A stretch of 32,000 nucleotides of DNA from Bellilinea caldifistulae (GCF_001306055.1 NZ_LGHJ01000016.1:1-32000); one strand, 5' to 3'. Counted from the stretch's first letter, positions 14,915 to 24,061 are shown. Numbers and translations are program-made. The notes: generated by a model from the letters alone, not told the origin.

Positions 14915-16702
14915 TCATTCATCTTCGAAGCGCAACCTGTATAGATGATAGTAAACCCCTCTTTTTTGAATCAATTCGGAGTGAGTTCCATCTTCGATGA
15001 TCTGTCCATTTTCGATGACGAGGATTCGATCGGCATTGGTGATGGTGGAAAGGCGGTGAGCGATGATCAGAGAAGTGCGTCCGTCCAACAAGCGGCTAAG
15101 GCCTGCCTGAATGATTCGTTCGGTCTGAGTATCCACGCTGGAAGTGGCTTCATCCAGAATAAGAATGCGCGGATCGGCCAGCAAGGCACGGGCAAATGAA
15201 ATCAGCTGGCGTTGACCTACGGACAAGATGGCGCCGCCTTCTTCAACCGGGGTGTCGTAACCCTGCGGTAGCTGGCGGATGAATTCGTCTGCTCCAACGG
15301 CTCTGGCAGCGGCTTCAACCTCCTCATCGCTGGCGTTCAATCTCCCAAAGCGGATGTTTTCACGCACCGTTCCGGAAAATAAGAAGGGATCTTGAAGAAC
15401 GATGCCGCATTGACGGCGTAAACTCTGCTGGGTTACCTCGCGCAGGTCATAGCCGTCAATGCGCACCACCCCTTCGGTGGGGTCATGAAAACGGGCAACA
15501 AGTTTAATGAACGTTGATTTTCCGGCACCGGTTTTCCCAACCAGCGCCACTGTTTGACCAGCTGGAATCAACAAATCAATGTGACTCAGAACGGGGGTGG
15601 GATCGTCGGAATAATGAAAACTGACATTTTGAAAGCGAATTTCACCCCGAATGGGAGGCATTTTGACGGCATCCGGCGCGTCCTCAACTTCGATGGGCGT
15701 GTTTAAAAGGTTGAGGATGCGTTCACCGCTTGCCATGGTGGACTGAAACGAGTCAAAGCGGCGGCTAAGGTCGCGGATCGGGTCAAAAAAACGGTTGATA
15801 TAGAGAACAAAGGCAACCAGCGTACCGGGTGAAAGCTGCTCGCCCAGCACGGCGCTGCCCCCCAGCCAGACCACCAACGCCATAGCTGTGATGCCCAAAA
15901 AATCAACACCTGGAAAAAAGAGCGCAGCGAGACGAGCGGCTTTCAGGTTGATATCCAGATTGTTGCGGTTGACCACATCCCGAAAGTAGGCATAATTTCG
16001 ATCTTCGCGTGAAAACGCCTGAACAACCCGCAACCCGTTGATATTTTCAGCAAGTACGGAATTTACCCAACTGATGGCCTTACGGGTTTCGCGATAATAT
16101 TCACGGGCGCGACTGCGAAAGAGACGGGTGATCAGGATGATTAGCGGGATCACACTAAAGGTCAGCAAGGAGAGACGCGGATTCATACTCAACATGGTGA
16201 AAATGATGCCGATCAGTACGAACAGGTCGCGCGCGATGGCAAGCATGGCCCAGGTAATGAATTCCCGTAAGACACTGACATCATTGATGATTCGAACGAT
16301 AATGCGGCCGACCGAGTAATGAGAGAAAAAACTGAGCGAGAGACGCTGGAGGTGGTGGAAAAGTTGAGAGCGGATATCGTAAATGATGGATTGTCCAATT
16401 CGGGACATGATGAAAACCCGCCCATAAATTGCCGCCCATTGTACAACAGCAATTGCCAGATAGATCAAAACCAGATTGCGCAGCCTGGGCAGTGACCCGG
16501 CGTCTATGCCTTCATCTACCGCCAGTTTGACCAGATAAGGTCCGGCTACTGAAGCGGCAGATGTGATTGCCATAAGGAGCAGAGAGAACAGCAGGGGTTT
16601 CCAATACGGTTGGACAAACGCCATCAAACCGCGGATTACCTGCGGGTCATATCCCTTAAACTGGATATCTTCATGAACGGTGGAGGGAGCCGTTACTGCC
16701 AT
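14915..16702 (-). CDS. ABC exporter half-transporter (TMD-NBD fusion) with consensus catalytic residues and a deviant signature motif
   Basis: 595 aa with a six-TM exporter domain. Walker A GKTGAGKST. Signature LSVGQRQ (non-canonical). Walker B ILILDEAT. H-loop IIAHRLS. Confidence 0.9.
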   Translation of the reverse strand: MAVTAPSTVHEDIQFKGYDPQVIRGLMAFVQPYWKPLLFSLLLMAITSAASVAGPYLVKLAVDEGIDAGSLPRLRNLVLIYLAIAVVQWAAIYGRVFIMSRIGQSIIYDIRSQLFHHLQRLSLSFFSHYSVGRIIVRIINDVSVLREFITWAMLAIARDLFVLIGIIFTMLSMNPRLSLLTFSVIPLIILITRLFRSRAREYYRETRKAISWVNSVLAENINGLRVVQAFSREDRNYAYFRDVVNRNNLDINLKAARLAALFFPGVDFLGITAMALVVWLGGSAVLGEQLSPGTLVAFVLYINRFFDPIRDLSRRFDSFQSTMASGERILNLLNTPIEVEDAPDAVKMPPIRGEIRFQNVSFHYSDDPTPVLSHIDLLIPAGQTVALVGKTGAGKSTFIKLVARFHDPTEGVVRIDGYDLREVTQQSLRRQCGIVLQDPFLFSGTVRENIRFGRLNASDEEVEAAARAVGADEFIRQLPQGYDTPVEEGGAILSVGQRQLISFARALLADPRILILDEATSSVDTQTERIIQAGLSRLLDGRTSLIIAHRLSTITNADRILVIENGQIIEDGTHSELIQKRGVYYHLYRLRFEDE

Positions 16703-16711
16703 GGTTTTCTG

Positions 16712-18520
16712 TTACTCCAACGAATTCCTCGAACGAAAGTTAACTCTGGAAAGGTCTATTGGCTGGGTGAGGAGATCATCTTCTAATTCCTCCTGATTTT
16801 TCAATTGAAGATCATAAATCTGGCGGTAAAGACCGTCCAATGCCAGCAACTGATGATGAGTGCCTTGTTCAACAATGCGCCCCTGATCCATTACCAGGAT
16901 TAGATCGGCTTTTTTGACGGTAGATAGCCGCTGGGCGATGATCAGGGTTGTTCGTCCCTCCATCAGGGTTGAGAGGGCTTTTTGTATCAAATGCTCCGTG
17001 TGGGTGTCCACGCTCGAAGTGGAATCATCCAGGATCAGGATGCGCGGATTCATCAATAAGGCACGGCCAATGGCGATTCGCTGTCGCTGACCACCCGAAA
17101 GGGTAACTCCTCTTTCTCCGACCACCGTATCATAACCTTGGGGTAGCTCCAGGATAAATTCATGGGCCTGCGCGGCCTTGGCCGCAGCAATGATTTCTTC
17201 TTCGCTGGCATCCGGCCGTCCATAAGCCAGATTTTCTCGAATGGTGGTTGAAAAAAGCAAGGATGTTTGTAGAACGATGCCAATTTGTCGGCGCAATGAA
17301 GGTAAATCCATCTGGCGGACGTCCATTCCGTCAATTTTGACAACACCTTCACTTACATCGTAAAAGCGGGGAATCAGGTTGACCAGCGTCGTTTTGCCCG
17401 ATCCGGTTGCGCCGATGATTGCAACCCGCTGATTCGGTTCGATTTTCAAATTAATATCCCGGAGAATGGGTCTTTCACTTTGTTTGTATCGGAAAGAGAC
17501 CCGCTCAAATTGAATTTCGCCGCGAAAGACCGGACAAGGGATTGGATTGGGCGGGGATTGAATATCTGGCTCGGTTTCGAGAATTTCAAAGGTACGCTGT
17601 AAACCGGCGTAGGCTTCACCGGCAGCGTTGACCAGCCACGCCAGTTGTTGAGCGGGATTGGCAAGCAGGAGCATGTAACTATTGAAGGCAACCAATTCTC
17701 CAACTGTAATTTCACCCCGAATTGCCATTTGGCCGCCAAACCACAATATTAAAATTGTGCCGAGAGTAACCAGAAAAATGGTCGAGGGCATCACTTTCGC
17801 CCATTCACGGACAACCGTGATCTGGCGATCGAATAATTTGCGGTTGGTCTGGTCGAAGCGGTCGGTCTCGTACTTTTCCTGAGCAAAGGCTCGCACCACC
17901 TGAACGCCAACCACATTTTCCTGCAAGATGGAAGAAAGTTCACCGAGGGTGTTGTCCACGGCAAGGAACAATCTTCCTACTCGTTTGCCAAAATCGGTGG
18001 TCAACAGCACCATTGGAATCAGGGGCGAGATGGCAATTGCCGCCAGTACAGGATGTCGACTGAATAATAAAATACCAATACCCACCAGCAGAATCACGAT
18101 CCGAGCCAGTTCTACCAGACCGTGTCCGGCAAAACTTTGCAGGGAACGCACATCTTCAATCACCCGGCTGATGAGCTGACCAGTGGGCATGTGGTCGTGA
18201 TATTGAAAGGAGAGACGTTGAATGTGGTTGTACAGGCGGTTCCGCAAATCGTAAGCCACATGATGGGCAATCCACTCGGTCAGGTACTGTTCCCGAAAGT
18301 TTACCAGCGCCTTGATCAATCCCAAACCCAGAATCAAGCCGGCCGCCACAATCAGGAATCGTTGATCACCCCCTTTCAAGCCGACGTCAATTACTTGCCG
18401 AATGATGGCCGGGAAAGCCATTTCGATTACGGTGAGGATGAGTAGGAAAACACTGGCAAGCACGATTTGACGAAAATACGGCTTGACCAGTGTTTTTAAA
18501 TTACGGAGATGTCTCTTCAT
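16712..18520 (-). CDS. ABC exporter half-transporter (TMD-NBD fusion) with degenerate catalytic residues
   Basis: 602 aa. Walker A GATGSGKTT. Signature LSGGQRQR (canonical). Walker B ILILDDST, with Asp at the catalytic Glu position (codon 17024-17026). H-loop IIAQRLS, with Gln in place of His (codon 16931-16933). Confidence 0.9.
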   Translation of the reverse strand: MKRHLRNLKTLVKPYFRQIVLASVFLLILTVIEMAFPAIIRQVIDVGLKGGDQRFLIVAAGLILGLGLIKALVNFREQYLTEWIAHHVAYDLRNRLYNHIQRLSFQYHDHMPTGQLISRVIEDVRSLQSFAGHGLVELARIVILLVGIGILLFSRHPVLAAIAISPLIPMVLLTTDFGKRVGRLFLAVDNTLGELSSILQENVVGVQVVRAFAQEKYETDRFDQTNRKLFDRQITVVREWAKVMPSTIFLVTLGTILILWFGGQMAIRGEITVGELVAFNSYMLLLANPAQQLAWLVNAAGEAYAGLQRTFEILETEPDIQSPPNPIPCPVFRGEIQFERVSFRYKQSERPILRDINLKIEPNQRVAIIGATGSGKTTLVNLIPRFYDVSEGVVKIDGMDVRQMDLPSLRRQIGIVLQTSLLFSTTIRENLAYGRPDASEEEIIAAAKAAQAHEFILELPQGYDTVVGERGVTLSGGQRQRIAIGRALLMNPRILILDDSTSSVDTHTEHLIQKALSTLMEGRTTLIIAQRLSTVKKADLILVMDQGRIVEQGTHHQLLALDGLYRQIYDLQLKNQEELEDDLLTQPIDLSRVNFRSRNSLE

Positions 18521-18579
18521 TGTCTTTTTCTTCGATCCAAACAGCTCCTTATGCAGGCAATTATTGAAAATTCTATCTT

Positions 18580-18924
18580 TTATAAAGAAAACAAGATTTG
18601 ATCCTCGTAAACCAATCCAATTTCATCGTATTGGATATTTGCGTGAAGGGTAAATTGCTGCGGCTGAAGTGAAAGCCGGCGCAGGTGCATGGTGATGACC
18701 AGATCAAAGTCAATGTTTTCTACAATATAAGCGCTGGCAAGCATCTCGCCGTTTGCGTCTCGAATTTCGAATTCAAGATTGGGCGGTTTTTGAAATGGGG
18801 TAATCCGGGCATGAACCCGCACCCGCTGGCGGTCTTCCCAAGGTTCTACCAGCAAATCTAAAAACCTGACCTGTTCAGGGGGTACGGCATCTGGATGGGG
18901 TTGCAAGGGATGAAAACGTTTCAT
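18580..18924 (-). CDS. hypothetical protein, 114 aa, no family recognised
   Basis: The ORF starts immediately after the DUF1015 stop (TAAATG junction at 18922-18927). Composition is non-repetitive and globular-looking (…LEFEIRDANGEMLASAYIVENIDFDLVITMHL…). Confidence 0.55.
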   Translation of the reverse strand: MKRFHPLQPHPDAVPPEQVRFLDLLVEPWEDRQRVRVHARITPFQKPPNLEFEIRDANGEMLASAYIVENIDFDLVITMHLRRLSLQPQQFTLHANIQYDEIGLVYEDQILFSL

Positions 18925-20244
18925 TTAAATGATTTTACGGGCTTCCATGTAAAACCGCTTTTCGATAGCCTCTCCCATGGAAAAGGTTTTTCGAGGGAGA
19001 ACGCCATCCAGAATCACGGTTCGGAATAATTCGTTTTTGTCCATTGCCGGCAAATAAAAACCGCAATTGCCCTGCTGTTGTGAGAGGTGATAAAGGGCAT
19101 CTTCGCCGTGAACATAGTCAATTTTTTCCGCTCCACCTTGTTTCAACCAATCGTCCAGAAAGGCCTGCAAACTACCCACTACCAGATTTGAGGCGGGCAT
19201 ATGGATGGTAGCAGTGGCATATCCATCCGGCATAACAATACCGAAGGTCTGGCTTTTGCCGGTTTGCTCTTTGACAGCCCTTTCCATGGCATGAGCGTCG
19301 TGGTAATCGGTCAAGGTAACGGCATCTTCGCCAAAAAAGCGCCGGATGGCATTATGGGGTGATTGTTTCACAGCGAAAAGCACACGGTGGATGGGCTCAA
19401 AGACCAGACCCGGGTCATGGAGATTCTCAATTTCGACCAGCGCATATCGGGCCGGGTGATACATTCCCACGCAGGGTTTCAACTTTTCCCAGCAAGCTTT
19501 GGCGGTAGCCAGTGAGTGATTGCCATCGCCAACCGCAAAAAGAAGCACGCCTTTCTCCGGGCCAACACCGTATTTGGGGTAAAAGACTTCCGGCGATGCC
19601 AAATGCTGCAGGGCTTGAATAACTTGCTTTTCGACTTCGAGATCGGCGACAAGAGCACCTTTGAGATGACCGCTGCCCTGCATGAGTTCAAAATCGTACA
19701 GGGGGATCAACGCATCGCTGCGTTGAGCGAGCGGTTCAATGACGGTTTGTTGTGGGTCATCAATCAAAACGAGAATGTGAGGCAGTTCGATGGCGGCTCC
19801 TTCCCGAATTCGCATGCGGGGAGGAATCCTTTCAACGATGGTGCCTTCGGTGGCGCGGATGAGGGTTTGTGAGCCGGGTGAATAATCATATTTTTCCAGA
19901 TCAAGTGCCAGAATTAAGCCATGCCGGGTTTTACTGTTAACTGTGCGTTCCACATGAATCAATCCACTGTGTACATCGAAAATCCCGTCATCCAAATACT
20001 GACGCATGGTTTTCTGGGCAGTCTGGATGCGCTCCAATTCCTCCGGTTTGCCCAGATAAACCTCAGGCAGAATCAGATTGAGGGTGGACGGAGCATTACC
20101 AACTTCTTTGGCTACTTGTTCCCAGTATTCGGGTTGAGAGGTGAACTGATCGCAGGCAATGGTAGCCCATTTGCGTAAATCAATTCCTTTGCGGGGGAGT
20201 AATACATCCGCAACTTGCACACCAATATCGGAATATATTCGCAT
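18925..20244 (-). CDS. DUF1015 (COG4198) family protein
   Basis: Family-typical motifs WATIACDQFTS and FAVGDGNHSLATAK. I prefer ATG 20244 (MRIYSD...), with GAGG 8 nt upstream. The ORF-track start at 20295 lies inside the degV terminator hairpin. Confidence 0.8.
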   Translation of the reverse strand: MRIYSDIGVQVADVLLPRKGIDLRKWATIACDQFTSQPEYWEQVAKEVGNAPSTLNLILPEVYLGKPEELERIQTAQKTMRQYLDDGIFDVHSGLIHVERTVNSKTRHGLILALDLEKYDYSPGSQTLIRATEGTIVERIPPRMRIREGAAIELPHILVLIDDPQQTVIEPLAQRSDALIPLYDFELMQGSGHLKGALVADLEVEKQVIQALQHLASPEVFYPKYGVGPEKGVLLFAVGDGNHSLATAKACWEKLKPCVGMYHPARYALVEIENLHDPGLVFEPIHRVLFAVKQSPHNAIRRFFGEDAVTLTDYHDAHAMERAVKEQTGKSQTFGIVMPDGYATATIHMPASNLVVGSLQAFLDDWLKQGGAEKIDYVHGEDALYHLSQQQGNCGFYLPAMDKNELFRTVILDGVLPRKTFSMGEAIEKRFYMEARKII

Positions 20245-20269
20245 TGTGATAACCTCAAGGTGAGATACA

Positions 20270-20312
20270 GGGAAAAAGAAAACGGTCTTTTCCATTTTAC
20301 CAAAGACCGTTT
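20270..20312 (-). terminator. Rho-independent terminator downstream of degV
   Basis: Minus strand: 11-bp perfect stem AAACGGTCTTT / AAAGACCGTTT (20302-20312 and 20280-20290), 11-nt loop, then TCTTTTTCC. Confidence 0.65.
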
Positions 20313-20375
20313 AATAATAAAGAGGTTGGGGAGCGGTAAGGAAATCTGTCAATCAATTTCAGGAAGATTGACCCA

Positions 20376-21233
20376 TCACATTCCAGCCATGTAGGCAATG
20401 CCCACGGTACCCGGGCCGGTATGAGTACCAATGACCGGGGATACTGTGGCGGCAAAGGCTTCGGCAATATCAGATGGATCGAAACGCTGGCAGGCTTTTT
20501 CAAGCAGGCGTTCTGCTTCGGCAGGGGCATTGGCATGTAAAGCCGCAATCCGAACCGGCCGCTGGCTGCCGACCCGCTCAACAAAAATATCAATCAGACG
20601 ATCAACGGCTTTATTCATGGTGCGGATTTTTTCAACAGCCACAATCTTACCGTTTTCTAAAGCCAGGATTGGCTTAAGGCCCAAGGCAGTGCCAAGAAAG
20701 GCGGCAGCGCCCCCGATGCGCCCGCCGCGGTGTAGAAATTCCAGCGTGCTGACGGCAAATAAAACACCGGTGTGTTGAACAGCCTTTTCGGCGATGGCTT
20801 TACATTCTTCAAGGGAGGCGCCTTGTTTAGCTGCGCGGGCAACCTGCAGGGCTTGAAAACCCAAGCCCATCCCGGTTGAATACGAGTCAACGATGATCAC
20901 CCGGTCGGTTTGAAGGGTTTGTTTGGCTTGAACGGCTGAGTCGATCGTGCCGGAAAGTGCCGCCGAGATGTGAATGGAAAGAATGTCGTAACCCTGTTCC
21001 AATAGGGAAGTGTATACTTGCTGAAAAGCGGCCGGTGAAGGCTGCGAAGTTGTGGGCATGACTTTGGCGTGCTGAAGCCGGGTGTAAAATTCCAGCGGGG
21101 TGATGTCTACCCCGTCCCGGAATGTTTCTCCTCCCCAAACAACCTGCAGGGGAATGGCATGCAGGGCATAACCATTCGATAAATGTTCTGGAATATAGGC
21201 AGTGCTGTCCGTTACGACGGCAACCTTCGACAT
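20376..21233 (-). CDS. DegV family fatty-acid-binding protein
   Basis: 285 aa. The N terminus VAVVTDSTAYIP is typical of the DegV family, and length and overall pattern fit. GAGGAG lies upstream of the ATG. Confidence 0.85.
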   Translation of the reverse strand: MSKVAVVTDSTAYIPEHLSNGYALHAIPLQVVWGGETFRDGVDITPLEFYTRLQHAKVMPTTSQPSPAAFQQVYTSLLEQGYDILSIHISAALSGTIDSAVQAKQTLQTDRVIIVDSYSTGMGLGFQALQVARAAKQGASLEECKAIAEKAVQHTGVLFAVSTLEFLHRGGRIGGAAAFLGTALGLKPILALENGKIVAVEKIRTMNKAVDRLIDIFVERVGSQRPVRIAALHANAPAEAERLLEKACQRFDPSDIAEAFAATVSPVIGTHTGPGTVGIAYMAGM

Positions 21234-21295
21234 GGTTTCTCTCCTCAGATGATCTATTTTTATATGATTATATTATTCCTCTTGCATATAACCCC

Positions 21296-21312
21296 AACTT
21301 TTGTAAAAAGTT
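21296..21312. repeat. perfect 7-3-7 inverted repeat AACTTTT-GTA-AAAAGTT, function unknown
   Basis: Read directly from the sequence. It lies in the divergent degV/ffh intergenic region. Confidence 0.9.
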
Positions 21313-21349
21313 GCGTATCCCGACCAGAAAAAATCCGCTCCTCCAAACC

Positions 21350-21378
21350 TTGACCATTGGTGTTTCTCCGACTAGAAT
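21350..21378 (+). promoter_or_regulatory. sigma70-type promoter for ffh
   Basis: -35 TTGACC (21350-21355), 17-nt spacer, -10 TAGAAT (21373-21378). Confidence 0.5.
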
Positions 21379-21431
21379 TGGGAGGCGTAACGCCCCTTAG
21401 GGGTGTTGATTTCTTATGGATTAAGGTCAGC

Positions 21432-22754
21432 GTGTTCGAATCACTTTCACAACGGCTGGAACAAGTATTTCAACAACTTCGCCGGCGGGGTAAATTATCC
21501 GAACAGGATGTGGATGCTGCCATGCGCGAAGTCCGTTTGGCATTGCTGGAGGCAGATGTTCACTTCAGCGTGGTCAAGGACTTCATCAGCCGTGTCCGCG
21601 AGCGGGCAGTCGGGGCAGAAGTTTCGAAGGCTTTAAATCCAGCCCAGCAGGTCATTAAAATTGTCCATGAGGAATTGATTAAAACGCTGGGTGAACCAGC
21701 CCGCTTGAACCTGAGCGGCCCAAAACCGCGAGTCATCATGATGGTGGGTTTGCAAGGCTCCGGTAAAACCACGGCTGCTGCAAAACTGGCCTCGTTGTTG
21801 CGTTCTCAGGGCGAACGGGTTGAGCTGGTTGCCGCTGACCCTTACCGGCCGGCTGCAATCAAGCAATTGCAGACGCTGGGTGAACGAATTGGTGTGCCGG
21901 TTTACACAGAAAGCGGCGTTAAACCGCCCGAACTGGTTTCCAGAGCGTTTGAAAAGGCCCAAAAGAGTGGCGTTAGTGTTTTGATTGTGGACACTGCCGG
22001 GCGTTCACAGCTGGATAATGCTCTGATGGATGAGTTGAAGGCGATTACGAGGCGGGTGACCCCCAATGAGATCTTACTGGTCGTGGATGCGATGATCGGT
22101 CAGGAAGCCCTGCATGTTGCAGAAGGTTTTCGCGATACGGTGACCTTGACCGGCTTGATGCTGACCAAAATGGATGGAGATGCGCGCGGTGGGGCGGCGA
22201 TTTCCATTCGGGCGGTTACTGGCGTCCCCTTGAAGTTCCTTGGCACTGGTGAGGCAATTGATGCCATTGAAGTCTATGATCCCGGCCGGTTAGCCTCCCG
22301 TATTCTGGGTATGGGTGATGTGATCGGCCTGATTGAACGGGCTGAGGCAGCCTTTGATGAAAAGGAAGCTCAGGAACAAGCCGAACGAATGCTTTCCGGT
22401 TCCTTTACGTTGGAGGATTTTGCCAAACAATTAAAGCAAATCCGCAAGATGGGACCGCTGGCGCAGATTTTGGAGATGCTGCCCGGCGGACTGGGTCAAA
22501 TGGCGCGCAATATTTCACCGGAGGAGGCGGAGCGTTCTTTGAAAATTACGGAAGCCATCCTGAACTCGATGACCCGTGAAGAACGCCGCCGACCAGAAAT
22601 CCTGAATGCCAGCCGGCGGAGGAGAATTGCGCGCGGTTCCGGAACTCAGGTACAGGATGTCAACCGGGTGCTCAAGCAGTTTCGAGATGCACAAAAAATG
22701 TTCAAGACGTTACAAAAAACAGGAGGTCGTGGATTACCTCGTCTGTTTGGCTGA
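21432..22754 (+). CDS. ffh: signal recognition particle protein Ffh
   Basis: Motifs GLQGSGKTT, DTAGR and TKMDGDARGGAA, plus a Met-rich M domain. I prefer GTG 21432 (VFESLSQRL...), the canonical Ffh N terminus, with AAGG upstream. The ORF-track start at 21357 would begin inside the predicted promoter. Confidence 0.9.
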   Translation: MFESLSQRLEQVFQQLRRRGKLSEQDVDAAMREVRLALLEADVHFSVVKDFISRVRERAVGAEVSKALNPAQQVIKIVHEELIKTLGEPARLNLSGPKPRVIMMVGLQGSGKTTAAAKLASLLRSQGERVELVAADPYRPAAIKQLQTLGERIGVPVYTESGVKPPELVSRAFEKAQKSGVSVLIVDTAGRSQLDNALMDELKAITRRVTPNEILLVVDAMIGQEALHVAEGFRDTVTLTGLMLTKMDGDARGGAAISIRAVTGVPLKFLGTGEAIDAIEVYDPGRLASRILGMGDVIGLIERAEAAFDEKEAQEQAERMLSGSFTLEDFAKQLKQIRKMGPLAQILEMLPGGLGQMARNISPEEAERSLKITEAILNSMTREERRRPEILNASRRRRIARGSGTQVQDVNRVLKQFRDAQKMFKTLQKTGGRGLPRLFG

Positions 22755-22828
22755 AAAGTGACTCTAAAAGAAAGCGCTTCCTTCAGCGCCCCTCGACTTT
22801 TGGAGGATAACTTGAATCGCCATCTATA

Positions 22829-22837
22829 TGCTAAAAT
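22829..22837 (+). promoter_or_regulatory. candidate extended -10 promoter for the rpsP cluster
   Basis: TGcTAAAAT at 22829-22837, about 33 nt upstream of the rpsP ATG. No well-spaced -35. Confidence 0.3.
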
Positions 22838-22869
22838 GATCATGTACAAATGAGGAGAATAAATCAACT

Positions 22870-23214
22870 ATGGTTCGAATACGATTGCGCCGAATTGGCT
22901 TAAAAGGACAACCCAGTTACCGAATTGTGGCGGCTGACAAAGAAAGCCCCCGCGATGGTCGTTTCCTTGAAATTCTTGGTTTTTACAACCCCCGTACCGA
23001 GCCGTTCACCTTCCAGGTGAATGAGGAACGCATCTATCACTGGTTGAAGAACGGTGCTCAACCAACCGAGTCGGTACAAAAATTGTTTGACAGCGTTGGA
23101 TTGAGCAAACGCTGGGCACGGGTCAAAGCGGGCGAGCCGGTCGAAGAGGTTTTGAAGGAAGCGGAGGCCTATTACGCTTCCCGTAAGGTGGATGCAAAAA
23201 CCAACCCGGTATAA
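22870..23214 (+). CDS. rpsP: 30S ribosomal protein S16 (with about 30-aa C-terminal extension)
   Basis: [41 protein letters not shown] is the canonical S16 N terminus. Confidence 0.95.
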   Translation: MVRIRLRRIGLKGQPSYRIVAADKESPRDGRFLEILGFYNPRTEPFTFQVNEERIYHWLKNGAQPTESVQKLFDSVGLSKRWARVKAGEPVEEVLKEAEAYYASRKVDAKTNPV

Positions 23215-23261
23215 CCTTTGACTGAATCGTCATCCAAAGCCCTCGTGCGAAAGGATTGATC

Positions 23262-23498
23262 GTGAAAGAACTGATTGAATATATTGCCGCTTCACTGGTG
23301 GATGACCCAACTCAGGTCAGGGTGCGACAGGAATGGGTTGGCGGAAAAGCCCGGCTGGAGTTGTGGGTTGCCAAGGAAGACATGGGCCGAATCATTGGTA
23401 AAAGCGGGCGGGTTGCCAATGCCATGCGGGTCTTATTGCGTGTGGCAGCTGCCCGCGAGGGAAAGCAGGCTACACTGGATGTAATGGAGCCGCGTTGA
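23262..23498 (+). CDS. KH-domain RNA-binding protein (YlqC/UPF0109 family)
   Basis: KELIEYIAASLVDDP...GRIIGKSGRVANAMRVLL carries the KH GxxG motif. I prefer GTG 23262 (AAGGA 6 nt upstream) over TTG 23256. Confidence 0.85.
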   Translation: MKELIEYIAASLVDDPTQVRVRQEWVGGKARLELWVAKEDMGRIIGKSGRVANAMRVLLRVAAAREGKQATLDVMEPR

Positions 23499-24061
23499 TG
23501 AAACATCGTCCGTCTCAATCGGACTACAACGGGGAATCGTCAGGCTCGCCTCCCTTGGGCGAGCCTGTCTTTCTGGCTGTTGGCTTTCTGAGGCGGGCAC
23601 ATGGCCTTCAGGGAGAGATGGTCATGGACATTTTGACCGATTTCCCTGAGCGTTTGGTGCGGGGTAAAATCGTCTATGCCGGAGATGAGCATGTCCGCCT
23701 GACGATTCGCTCACTGCGCTCCAGAGGTAAACAGGTGCTGATTGCCTTTGAAGAAATTGGCGATCCGGAATCGGCTGCGCCCTACCGCAATCAATACCTG
23801 TTTGTCCGTTCGGATGAGATTCCACCCCTGCCAGAGGGTGAGTACTACCATCATGAATTGCTTGGCCTGAATGTTTTTACACCTGGCGGTAAGAGGCTTG
23901 GAACACTGGTTGAAATCCTCGAAACCGGCGCAAATGATGTCTATATTATCCGGGATGAAGACTCCGCATCAGAACTACTGGTACCGGCAGTCCAAGAATT
24001 TATTCTCGAAATACGATTAGCAGAGCGTATGATTATCATTTCTCCACCAGAGTGGTTGTAA
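23498..24061 (+). CDS. rimM: 16S rRNA processing protein RimM
   Basis: Motifs GFLRRAHGLQGEM and the PRC-barrel segment EYYHHELLGLNV. The ATG at 23498 overlaps the KH gene stop (TGATG). There is a roughly 20-aa N-terminal extension relative to typical RimM. Confidence 0.85.
   Translation: MKHRPSQSDYNGESSGSPPLGEPVFLAVGFLRRAHGLQGEMVMDILTDFPERLVRGKIVYAGDEHVRLTIRSLRSRGKQVLIAFEEIGDPESAAPYRNQYLFVRSDEIPPLPEGEYYHHELLGLNVFTPGGKRLGTLVEILETGANDVYIIRDEDSASELLVPAVQEFILEIRLAERMIIISPPEWL

Noticed and set aside
21379-21431. SRP RNA or a regulatory leader next to ffh
   Set aside because: The region has only two small mutually exclusive GC hairpins (GGCG-TAA-CGCC and CCCC-TTA-GGGG). The conserved SRP RNA domain IV motifs are absent and the region is too short.
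22870-23214. C-terminal extension of S16 and N-terminal extension of RimM as novel features
   Set aside because: Extensions of this size occur in many lineages for both proteins and are low-complexity. There is nothing further to support a distinct function.
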